DNA of 64,000 bases, taken from contig OZ024740.1 in the NCBI GenBank assembly GCA_964016885.1, positions 302,188,001-302,252,000 of the forward strand, in the 5' to 3' direction. The position numbers were made by a program, and so were the translations under genes. Under the pieces are notes generated by a model that had not been told where the DNA came from, searched no databases, and saw only the letters and a list, made by a program, of their open reading frames with translations. Below are positions 52,800 through 64,000 of this stretch, piece after piece (the first letter of the stretch is position 1; every line of letters begins with the position of its first letter). Source of the DNA: Eledone cirrhosa. Lineage: Eukaryota.

Positions 52800-54900
52800 T
52801 GTTTACGTTTCTTTCAAAGCCTTAGCGAATGAGGCATATGATGTAATCCCACATTAAATATGTTCTAGGATTAGAAGAAATACAACATCTCTATATCATT
52901 TTAGACTGACGTTATTTGCTTCTTTAATGCTGTATAATAAAATCTCATCTCTGGCAATAAATGGTTGTCTAAAATAGAATAATACGTTGTCATGCTGGGA
53001 ATAACCGTTCAATGATATCTAAGGTTGTTTTATTAATTGCAACATTTATGTCTTTACTCATTAACAATAACATCTCCACTTCGGACCATTAATTCTAATA
53101 ATGTTATTTGTACCACTATTTCATTCGACTCCCTATATGTGGATAAACATTAGCATCACTATGATATCTCACATGATCATCTTTATTATGGCCAAGTAGT
53201 GTTTAGTCTCACTGTAAAAGGAAGGTCACAAACATATACACAATGAATAATCAGTTGTAATAATGTCTTAAACAATTATTTGTCTTTTTAATGATTACAT
53301 CTATTATCAATTGATAGAAATTAATATATCATTTTAGTTTCTTCTTTAGAAATACCGCACATACTCCAGATATGTTCATATATTTCTTTTGAAACTATCA
53401 GTTTTAAAGAACGTTTCGTAAGTTTCGGAGATTATGTTTAACGAATCCCTCAACACAGACAAAATTTGGTTATATTACTCATAAAAGTGTCTAAGAAAGA
53501 CTGGGAAAATCGATCCTTCGGTGGCGTTGTTTTGAGTAAAAGTATTTATATCTGAGTGAATAATTCCAAGGGTTAATCAATAGTCGATGGCAATAAGATT
53601 CCCATAATACTCTTTGTTAAACACTTTGTTATAATCAAGTACTACATGATCTCATTCAAGACGGTATTTGTATATATCAACAAGGAGAATCTGAAACATT
53701 AATTTAAGTAAAGTATAGCATTTGAATTTGATTTCAGTGATGTTTGTTTTACTAGACTTACAAATATGAACATTCCGTCTTACATTTAGATGCAAAACAA
53801 ACAAAAAAAAGGTATTTTATGCTCAGGCAACTTTGCTGTATATCTATCAAAATGAGATTCCAAAAAAATAACTATGGAATCAATGTGCCTGTTCGTTCTT
53901 CTTTCATTCTGCACGTCTTTACTTTTGGCTGGCATACCGTATTGAAATAAATGAAATATTTGTTTCTATCTTTATATAGATTTAATGGAATTAGCGCTAG
54001 TTATGCTGAGGTCTAGATTTTATTTTGATAAATTGTACCGACAGTCTTTTAAGACTTAAGAATTATTGCAGTCTGATGTCAGTGTTTATCAGTATTTATA
54101 CATATTTTGACCAACACTTAACTTTAACTTTAAAATAATTTCCGAGAATGTAGACACCACTAAAAAATAACAGTTGTAGGAATATACATTTTAAGGATTA
54201 TACAGGATATATGTAAAATGTTATTCCTGATATTTCCCCCTAAGATACAAACAAAGTGACAGAAACTTCATAGTTAGTCAATAGATGTGCCTCATTGTTA
54301 TGTTATAAAATAACTTCAGAATGATTCGGCCTTAGCTATAAAAAAGCCCACCGAAATACAACGAAAGTATTGTGAATTTGTGCTGTTCATTTCAATGACT
54401 ACAAATAATTGGTCGTCTATGTAAATCAAATATATCTATATTGCACCAGGATATTTTTATTTTTGCCTTGAGTGTTTAGTGTTAATGCGTATATACCAAC
54501 TTTAAAGTATTATACCTCGTGGCACAAATTGATTATGTGTGTTGATCCATAATTTTTGTCAAAAATGTCTGCATCGTTAAATAATTACCATGCAGATTAA
54601 TTAGCGGTATTTCAGTGATTCAGGCTTAAGGTTATCTATTTTATTATCATAGAAGTACTTGGTACGCCCCGTTTATTCAATACGTCTTTGCTCCAAATTA
54701 TGCCCGCGGCACCTACTTGAACAGATATCTGAAGTAGATTGTGGATCCTGCCAGTCAATGCTTGATTTCCCTCATAACAGATGGAGTAAATTGATGTCTT
54801 GCTTTAGGCAGAGGAGGAAGGTGTTCATATTTGTAAAATAGTTAGGAAATATCAGAACAAAGTTTAATAAATTTTGAGGGGCTCAATTTTTGTTGTATGT
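52800..54900 (-). mobile_element. possible decayed hAT-type transposase relic
   Basis: Only weak motifs, e.g. LKPESLKYR near 54600-54630 resembling KPSKLKRH. Confidence 0.25.
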
Positions 54901-55071
54901 ATATATATAATGTGTGCATATTGTTATAAGATAAGCTCTATATGTAGCACCATTTTAATTGCGATGTAATGTTGATTGTCACATCTATTTTATATCCAAA
55001 TGTGAATCTACTTTTAATATATGTACAATCACAAAAGCACATCTCTGCAGATGCATATATATATATATATA

Positions 55072-55125
<54 letters not shown>

Positions 55126-55164
55126 CTGGCTATCAGTGTGTAATAGTAATATATATATGTATAT

Positions 55165-56025
55165 AGATATATATATAAAACTGAGGATGTCTGTCTGTGT
55201 GTGTGTGAGTTCGAATCCCTAAAACTCGAGAACCACCCAACCGACTGTTTTCAATCTTTACACATATAATACTTATGTTTCAGGGAGTGTTCTGAGCAAA
55301 TGAAATTTCAAATTTCCAATGCCCTAGGGACCGCATTAGGCGATTTAGCGATCTCGCTCTATAATTATTAGTCTTTCTCTTTTCAGATATATACATACAT
55401 ATAACGTCGCGCCCTTATAATATATGTCTGTATGTCTGACTGCATGACGTCACTTCCCTGAGGATGTCTGTTTGTGTGTGTGTGTGAGTTTGAATCCCTA
55501 AAACTCGAGAAGTACCCAACCGACATTTTTACAAACTTTACATGTGTATTACTTATGTTTCAGGGAGTGTTATGCACATAAAATGCAACTTTTCTATTTC
55601 CTTTCATTAGGTGAAAAACTGGGTTTTTAAAGATGTTTAGGGATTTTTGGAGGCGTTACGTCAGACCGATTTCCTTGAAATTGTAATTATGTATTAGTCA
55701 GTCTCTTCTTAATACCGTGAGCAAAGAAAATCCAACTTTCTTATGGCCTAGGGCCCGCATTACGTGAAAAACCTCATTTTTTCAGCGTCTTAGGGCTTTT
55801 TCAAGGCGTTACGTCTAGCTGACTTTCCCATTTTCTTGATCTACTAGGGCCCGCATTAGATGAAAACCTGCATTTTTCCTGCTTCATCAAGGAAAATCTT
55901 AAAGATTATCCAGCCATCAGAGTATTCGGTTAATTGTCTTTACATATTGTTCAGGCATGCAGTTTTTCCACGATTAGGTCTGTTGGCGGCCCGTGTTCCA
56001 AAATACCTTATCCCGTGAAACGCCC
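55165..56025 (+). mobile_element. Helitron-like non-autonomous element with internal duplication
   Basis: TATATATAAAACTGAGGATGTCTG... start, repeated at about 55458; ends CCCGTGAAACGCC (possible truncated 3' hairpin); same family as 19797. Confidence 0.55.
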
Positions 56026-56184
56026 TATACATATATATATAAATATATATGTATAGGGTATATATAATATATATATATATATATATATCTTATATATATA
56101 CATGTATGTATCTATATATCTTTTATATATATAAGTTATATTTTAATTTGTTGGGATACAACAAGCAAATATTATATATAATAA

Positions 56185-56405
56185 TATATACAACAATATG
56201 TCTATTTAAACTGTTACTGATAAAAGATTTCCCACATATTTCACAGTGGAAATTCTTTACTCCAGAGTGTGTAGTTAATTCACTATTAGTAACAAAAGAT
56301 TTCTCACTCATTTCACAGTGGAATTTCCTTTCGCCTCTGTGTCTTTTCGTGTGTTTATTCAAGTCACTGCTTGTAACATAAGATTTCCCACAAGTTTCAC
56401 AATAT
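56185..56405 (-). pseudogene. C2H2 zinc-finger array fragment (three fingers, two defective)
   Basis: CETCGKSYVTSSDLNKHTKRH-RGERKFH-CEMSEKSF...HSGVKNFH-CEICGKSFISNSLNRH. Confidence 0.8.
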
Positions 56406-56489
56406 ATAAACAATCTATTCTTAGAACCGCCGAGGATGAGGAAGTATTGAATTTGTAAGTTATAAGATTCAACTGTTCTTTTTTTTACT

Positions 56490-57830
56490 ACACCGGAAAC
56501 TTCCACATCAACAGTTCCCATAGACCGCCTCTACTTGAAACGTAAGTAGGGAGGTCGAGGCCTAACATCGGTCCAGACAGCATTTGAGTGTCGCATCATA
56601 TTCCTCCGATAACATTTACGAACCTCCAAGCGTAAGAGCCAAACGATTGAGCAAACTGTCTGCATGAAACATGTAAGATTATGAAAGTTAGGAAGGAACT
56701 ACTTGAAAGAATCTCCCTGCAGGATAATCAAAAACCCACACCCAGGGAAATTGACCAGCAATACCGCAGCGAATTCATGGTTGAAAAACTGCATGCTTAT
56801 CAGCAAAAAATCATGCATGGATATATTGAGAGGAAGCTCCAGAGTCAGAATAATATAGATAAGCAAAGTAGTCTATCTTGGAAAAACAACCGCTTTATTA
56901 ACTCCCACTTTGAAGGATATGCTTTTGCAATCCAAGAACAGGAAATCAACACAAAATACACGATTCACAAAAGAGATAGGGATGCAGGCAAAACACCTAG
57001 ATGTGAGAAAAAATGTATACTCTGCAGAATTAACGTCGAAGATATCACCCATGTCATAAGCAACTGTCCAAAGATGTCATCACGGTACTATCTACGTATG
57101 AGGCATGATGTAGTTGCCAAAACACTGTACAATGCAATCCGTATAAAATATAGTCCCGACAATAAACAGCAAAGTGGAAAACATACACATACATAATATG
57201 AAAGTGTACTGTTGGAATATTCCAGTAAAAACTACAATAAAATGCAGGCGTAATAGACCGGATATAATGATATGTGACAGGGAAAAGAAGGCATGCACAG
57301 TAGTGGAAGTTAGCCACCCAGCAGATGCTAATATATTATTAAAGATTAGCGAAAATGAGAATATCTATGCAGAGCTAATGAGAAATCTGCAGATACTCCA
57401 ACTTTACTATACTTTCAGATTTATACCTATAATTATTGGCGCAATTGAAGTGGGTTGTGTCAGCCTTAGTACAATTCTTGAAAAGCTGGGCTTTACAGAA
57501 CCAGAAAGAACACAACTAGTTAGAAAATTACAAGTACACTCCAATAATGGAACAGTAAAAATATGTAAAACATTCCAAACATTCTGCATCTAATAACTCC
57601 ATGTACACATGTACAGATACCATGCACATACACATGCACACATATAGCGCAAAACATACACCTCCACACATATAAAAACATCCATGCAGACATTCATACA
57701 AATCTACCTCGTTGATGTTGTGTAAATTCCGATGAGAGAGTATTGTATCTATGTTAGACACCGGCTCTCTGACTATTAGCAAAAAAATTGTGAAATTATA
57801 AAACCAGAATAATCATACAAACTTACATAA
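56490..57830 (+). mobile_element. 5'-truncated R4/Dong-like element, copy A (CCHC plus restriction-like endonuclease, 3' UTR)
   Basis: FAIQEQEI, CILC...HVISNC, RHDVVAK, RPDIM, PIIIGA; (CATA)n tail. Confidence 0.9.
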
Positions 57831-57971
57831 GACATACATGCATACATGCATGCATACATACATACATACATACATGCATACATACATACATACATACATA
57901 CATACATACATACATACATACATACATACATACATACATACATACATACATACATACATACATACATACAT

Positions 57972-60785
57972 AGAGAGCTGTTAGCGAAAAACGCTGATAC
58001 CTGAAGAAGGTTGATGAGAGAAACATGCTTCATAAAAGATTCAGACGAAACCAAACATCAGTCTATAGAGATATAAAGGGCAAAATAATAAGTGTCGCTG
58101 AGGCCCCATCCCAGAAAGACATAGATTCCTTTTGGAGCAAAATATGGGGTGAAAAGAAGATTTTCAACCAAGATGCAGTGTGGCTAACAGAAATCCGAAA
58201 GAACTATTGCTCCTACACTACAACAAAAACATACGAAATAAGTGAGGGTACCCTTGAGACTGTGATAGAAAAACACCAGGAAGAGACACGATTGTCGGCT
58301 ACTGGTACAAACAAACTGATATTCTATCGGAGGTATCTTATTGACCTCTACCAACAAGTTCTTAAGGGAGATACACTTATACCAGAATGGTTGACATTAA
58401 CACAAACATTACTGGTCCCCAAGAACAAAGACACCGACTTGGCAAAAAACTACCAACCCATTGCATGCCAGAACCTGATGTATAAGATGTATACAGCCTG
58501 CCTGAAGCTATTCCTCCAAGATCACTGTGAAAATAATAACATCACAGATAAACATGCAGCTGGAAAGAAAAGGGTTTGGGGATGTGCTGAACAACTCCTA
58601 TTCAACAAAACTGCGATGCCGGAAGTGTGACAACTCAGGAGGTATATGACTACAGCCTGGCTGGACTACAGGAAAGCTTTTGATTCTGTTCCCCACTCTT
58701 GGATGATAGAGGTCGTCCAACTTGCTAAAGTCCCAGGCATTACTGTCAGAGCCATAGAGAGGCTGTCTTCTTCTTGGGCTACTATCCTAAGCTTAAAGAC
58801 AGAGAGGGAGGAATCTATTTTCACTGATAAAATAAAATATCGCTGGGATATATTTCAGGGGGACAGTCTCTCTGTGATATTATTCATCTTGCCATTAAAC
58901 CCCTTGTCCTTTCTGCTCGTGAAATGTGAGGGATACATCATTGGCTCACAGGAGGACAGAAATACAAACCTAACCCATAATTTCTTTGTGGACGATCTGA
59001 AACTCTATGCCAAGAACATGGATGGGATGAAGACAAATCTTGACCTGGTTACAACGTTCTCAAAGGATATAGGAATGGAGTTTGGCCAAGATAAATGTTC
59101 ATACATTACTGTAAAGCGGGGAAAAACAACAACCCTATCTAGCAACATTGTCATCAATGGTCTAACTGTTTCACCGATATCTGATGAGAGCTGCTACAGA
59201 TACCTGGGGATAGATGAGAACATATCCTATAATGGTATCTGTAATAAAGAACGGGTAACCAAGGAATACTACACCCGATTAAGAAAGATCTGGTCATCGG
59301 AACTCTCTACGCAAAATAAAATAGTGGCTCACAATGTGTTTGCTGTGCCTGTCCTAATACCAAAGTTTCGAATACTCAATTGGACGATAGACGAAATCCG
59401 AGCAGTTGATGTTGGAACTCGAAAAATACTGAACAACACCGGAAACTTCCACATCAACAGTGACATAGACCGCCTTTACTTGAAACGTAAGCAGGGGGGC
59501 AGAGGCCTAACATCAGTCCAGACAACATTTGAATGTCGCATCATATCTCTCCGACAACATCTGCGAACCTCGAAGCAAAGGAGCCCGTTTCTCGAGCAAG
59601 TCTATCTGCATGAAACAGATAAGGTCATGAGAGTTGGGAAGGAACTCCTCGATAGATATTCCCTGTGTGATAATCAAAACCTCACACCCAGGGATGTCGC
59701 TCAGCAGTATCGCAGTGAATCCATGGATGAAAAACTGCATGCCTATCAGCAAAAAATCATGCATGGGTATGTTGCCAGGAAGCTCCAGAGTGAGAGTAAT
59801 ATAGAAAAGGAAAGTAGTCTATCTTGGACCAACAACCGCTATATTGGCACCCACTTTGAAGGATACGACTTTGCAATCCAAGAACAGGAGATTAGCACGA
59901 AATACCTGATTCACAAAAGAGATAGGGATGCAGGCAAACACCTAGATGTGATAACAAGTGCAGACTCTGCAGAACTAACAATGAGGATATCACCCATGTC
60001 ATCAACAGCTGTCCAGAGATGTCATCGCGGTACTATCTACCTATGAGGCATGATGTAGTGGCCAAAACACTGTACAATGCAGTTCGTAAAAAAGGTAACC
60101 CCGATAATAAACACATTAAAAGCTAAAGCAATATGGAAGACATACATGTACATAATATGAAAGAGTACTGGTAGAATGTTCCAGTAAAAACCCCAATAAA
60201 ATGCAGGCATAACAGACCAGATATTATATGAGACAGGGAGAAGAAAGCATGCACAGTAGTGGAAATTAGCTGCCCAGCAGATGCCAATATAATATCAAAG
60301 ATTAGTGAAAATAAGAACATTTATGCAGAACTGATGAGAAATCTGCAGATACTCCACCCTGATTACACCTTCAGATTTATGCCGGTGATTATTGGGGTAC
60401 TGGGGTATGTTAGTAACTGCCTCAATACAAATCTTGAGAAGCTAGGCTTCACAGGAACGGAAAGAACACAACTAGTTAAGAAATTACAAGTACAATCCAT
60501 TAATGGAACAGTAAAAATATGTAAGACATTCCAAAAATGTTGCATCTAGTAACTGCATATACACATATACAGATGCAAAGCATATACACATGCACACATA
60601 CAACTCAAAACATCCACATCCACACCTACAATAATATCCATATCTACACATGCATGCATACATACATGTCTACCTAGTTGATGTTGTGTAAATTCCAATG
60701 AGAGAGTCTTGTGTCTATGTTAGAAATCGACTATCTCTCTATTCGTAAAACTTTGTAAAATTATAAAACCAGAATAACATACATA
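57972..60785 (+). mobile_element. 5'-truncated R4/Dong-like element, copy B (RT plus restriction-like endonuclease, disrupted)
   Basis: KNYQPIAC, WLDYRKAFDSVPH, IFQGDSLS, FFVDDLKLYA, YRYLGI, GGRGL, PVIIGVLG; starts right after the (CATA)n tail of copy A and ends in CATA repeats. Confidence 0.93.
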
Positions 60786-61127
60786 CAACCTATAGCCATA
60801 TTTCGCTCCGAAGTTTCGTACTGATAAGTTAATGGTTTGATTGGGGCTCTGTTTAAATAGTCGGTCTGTTTGTAGTTTGACATCATGTTTTTAGAGACTA
60901 TCATTACCTTTCATGAACATAGATTTGGTTAATGGACAATTAAAACGCTGGTGAGTTTATTTCGCTGAGCATTCCTAGTTAGGTTATTAGCATATTATGT
61001 TTTAAAGGATCTAGTAGTCATAATATATGTTTCCATTGAGTTCTTATTCGTTGATTTTATATGGTGTGACAATGTTTTAGGTGTATATTCTGATTTCGTT
61101 TAGGGGTAATCCTATGGAGGTAATGCT

Positions 61128-61196
<69 letters not shown>

Positions 61197-61933
61197 GGTG
61201 TGTGTGTGTGTGTGTGTGTGTGCGCGTGTGTGTGTGTGTGTGTGTGTGTGTGTCAGATAATTTGAAGGGCTGGAGTCTAATGACAGCCTGTATTCCCACA
61301 ACAATAATTGCACACTCTTGACTTTTTTTATGCTGAAACTGATTTGGGTATTAGTTTACCACTTCATGATTAATGTAGCATGCAATTGGTAGGACAGTTT
61401 GAGTTTAAGTATAGGTATATTATTTGCTTGAGTTCGTAGGTTTCGTTGGCTTGCGTTTATGTTAAGCCATTTAACAGTGTTGTTTGTAAATGTATATACA
61501 CAATAACGTCATATTCAAGCAAGATGAGATCCCTCATCATTTTGCACATACTGTCTATGCGTGGCTTAATGTCCAATTCCAAGACATTGACTCCGTCGTT
61601 GAGATTTACATGAATCGCCAGCAAGAATCTCTGACTTAAAAACATGCGATTTTTTTTTTATTGTAGGCAAACAAATATATTTATACATTAAAACCCAAAC
61701 CACTGACTCAATAGGAGGAACATATGAGTCATGTACTGACTAACATACTACCTGATTTCCTCTTGAAGTGATTCGTGGCTATACTCAGAAGGTTGGTACC
61801 TAAGCTGAATGTTAACACTTATACCATTATACTGTTCAAATTAAATGTCTTACGAAAATCAACAAATAATTCAGAAAGTTTTTAACAATTTTAAGCAGGG
61901 AGATTCCTCCCTCACCGTTCATTTATATATACA

Positions 61934-61997
<64 letters not shown>

Positions 61998-63141
61998 CAT
62001 ACATATCAACACAAAAGCAGACAAACACGAACACAGACCAACACACGCATACATATACGAACAACGGTACTCAGTTCTTTTTGCAACGAGTTTACAGACT
62101 AGAGTTAATTTGACTCGTCGCCATTTTCTCAGTTGAATATAATGTAGAAAGCAAGCACTGTATCACATAATCAGGATAATATATATATATAACACATATG
62201 CATATATAAACACATAAATACATACATACAAACATACATACATATGTACACACATACATACACAAATGCATTCATAAATACATACATTAATGCATACATA
62301 CATACATGCATACATACATACATACATACATACATACATACATAATACTTGCATACATACATACATTCATACACAAACACACACACACACATACATACGT
62401 ACATGAGTGCGATTATTTACAACATATCAATTTCATACTGTTTACTTACTTCTCTACCATCATCACAGCTTTGTTAACACATGAAACTTGATTCCCATGA
62501 AACACTGTGACTGAGAAATATAGCTGAACAGAGATGTTACATTACTGCCTGGCTTTAATATTTTATTACTTCTATCAACAAAATAAATTTTCTACGAAAT
62601 AGATTGCAAACAGTACAAGCGAAATAATAAAACAGAGGAAAATAAAGATACTATGACCAAAGTGTTGTGTTTGCATCACCCATCGCATGTATCAACATTG
62701 CGCCTAATACAGGGACTATATCTGACAGTATTATTCTTATATGTGGAGACATATACATAAGTCATCATATAGGATGTTTACACATTATTCTGTGATAGAG
62801 AAAGCAAATAGAACACGAAGATAAATAGAAGGGTAAATACATTGATATATTGACATATGTATGGAAAATATTCGTATATTCTGTGAATAGTTTACGACTG
62901 AATATAGATGTATCCGTGTGTAAATGTAAATAAGCATGTTTGCATGAATATTTGTTAACCATTTAACAAAAAAAAACAACAACACTTGCTGCATGATTAG
63001 ATGCATATTTAAATACTCGATGCTGAGCTATAAACATGATTCCAAAGATGTAGTTGTGGGAAAACTGCCAGGTAATGCAGCATTTCCTGGTCATTTAAAC
63101 CGAACAGTGCTCATCCCTCAGCATGGTTCACTACAGAAGAC

Positions 63142-63214
<73 letters not shown>

Positions 63215-63819
63215 AAGAAATAGAGAGAGATGAGAGAGAGAGAGAAAGAGAGGGAGATATATAGAGAGACAGAGAGAGAGACACATAAAGAGACAGAGCG
63301 AGAAAGAGATCGAGGGGGGTGGGAGACAAACAGCAGGCAGGACCTTGGTGAGGAAGGCGATTTTGGACACCATTCAGGACGAAAAACAAAACTTGACAAA
63401 TGGCGGAAAAATTCATAAGAGTCAATGGTCATCCAAAAGATGTATATGCATGTATACATACGTATATATGTATATATGTGTGGGGACAGAAATAATCGGG
63501 CTGGATACCCGATCACGTGGTTAAACCACTGGGAGTGAAGGACCCCTAGCCTTTGTCTGGGCATTCTTCTAGGAGAAGGCAATTCAGGAAACTGGGATAA
63601 CTCGGACATAAAACCAGCGGCTCAGAAGTTACCGATGATGTTTATCTTTTCTTCTTTTCGGGTTATAGCTACTGTCGCTCAGATAGTGGAATTGGCTCAG
63701 TGCACAGTCTTACCCCCTTTAAAATAATCTTCACGCACAGGCATTGCAAAATGGCATTAATTGATAATTATTAGTAATGTTATCTCGTGAAATGACCATA
63801 TTCGATAACGAGGGTCAGC

Positions 63820-64000
63820 CATCATATATGTTCTTCTGGATTTATAATTCCACAATTTTTTTGCCAATAGAGAGAGAGTCTGTTCCTAACATATATACAA
63901 GACTCTCTTGGAATTTACACGACATCAACTAGGTAGATGTGTCTGCATCTCTGCATGCATATATGTGCAGGTATAGGTGTTATTGTATGTATGGAGATGT
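63820..64000 (-). mobile_element. 3' UTR of a third R4/Dong-like copy (continues beyond the window)
   Basis: Reverse complement matches 57700-57815 and 60670-60780 (CTACCTAGTTGATGT.GTGTAAATTCC...). Confidence 0.8.

Noticed and set aside
58000-58030. CTGAAGAAGG...GAAACATGC hammerhead-like string
   Set aside because: Stems I and II do not pair, and it lies in the coding-derived region of the R4/Dong element.
63480-63720. GC-richer segment with CTAGGAGAAGG, reminiscent of RTE 5' UTRs that can carry HDV-like ribozymes
   Set aside because: I could not build the nested double pseudoknot by eye; it needs a descriptor search.

Overview
AT-rich, microsatellite-saturated animal DNA with a 200-N gap at 3345-3544. 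The tRNA-derived SINE family, a C2H2 zinc-finger remnant and the repeat spectrum look like an octopus/cephalopod genome (inference). I see no intact host protein-coding gene; most listed ORFs are microsatellite artefacts. The window is mostly transposon remnants: about 20 tRNA-derived SINE copies or fragments (many head-to-tail), two near-full-length disrupted Tx1/L1-clade LINEs (22.9-28.4 kb, 45.5-51.1 kb) plus two relics, R4/Dong-like elements (56.5-60.8 kb plus relics), RTE-type fragments, Helitron-like non-autonomous elements and several Penelope-like elements (PLEs). The most striking unannotated signal, found by manual folding, is a dense and diverse set of type I hammerhead-ribozyme (HHR) motifs: more than 15 intact or decayed copies from about 8-10 families that look unrelated. 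They sit in short elements inserted into (TA)n tracts as tandem repeats, direct-LTR mini-elements or fold-back palindromes, with a hotspot at about 40-45 kb. These resemble PLE-derived, retrozyme-like non-autonomous RNAs. Coordinates were read by eye and may be off by a few bases; no folding or database search was run.
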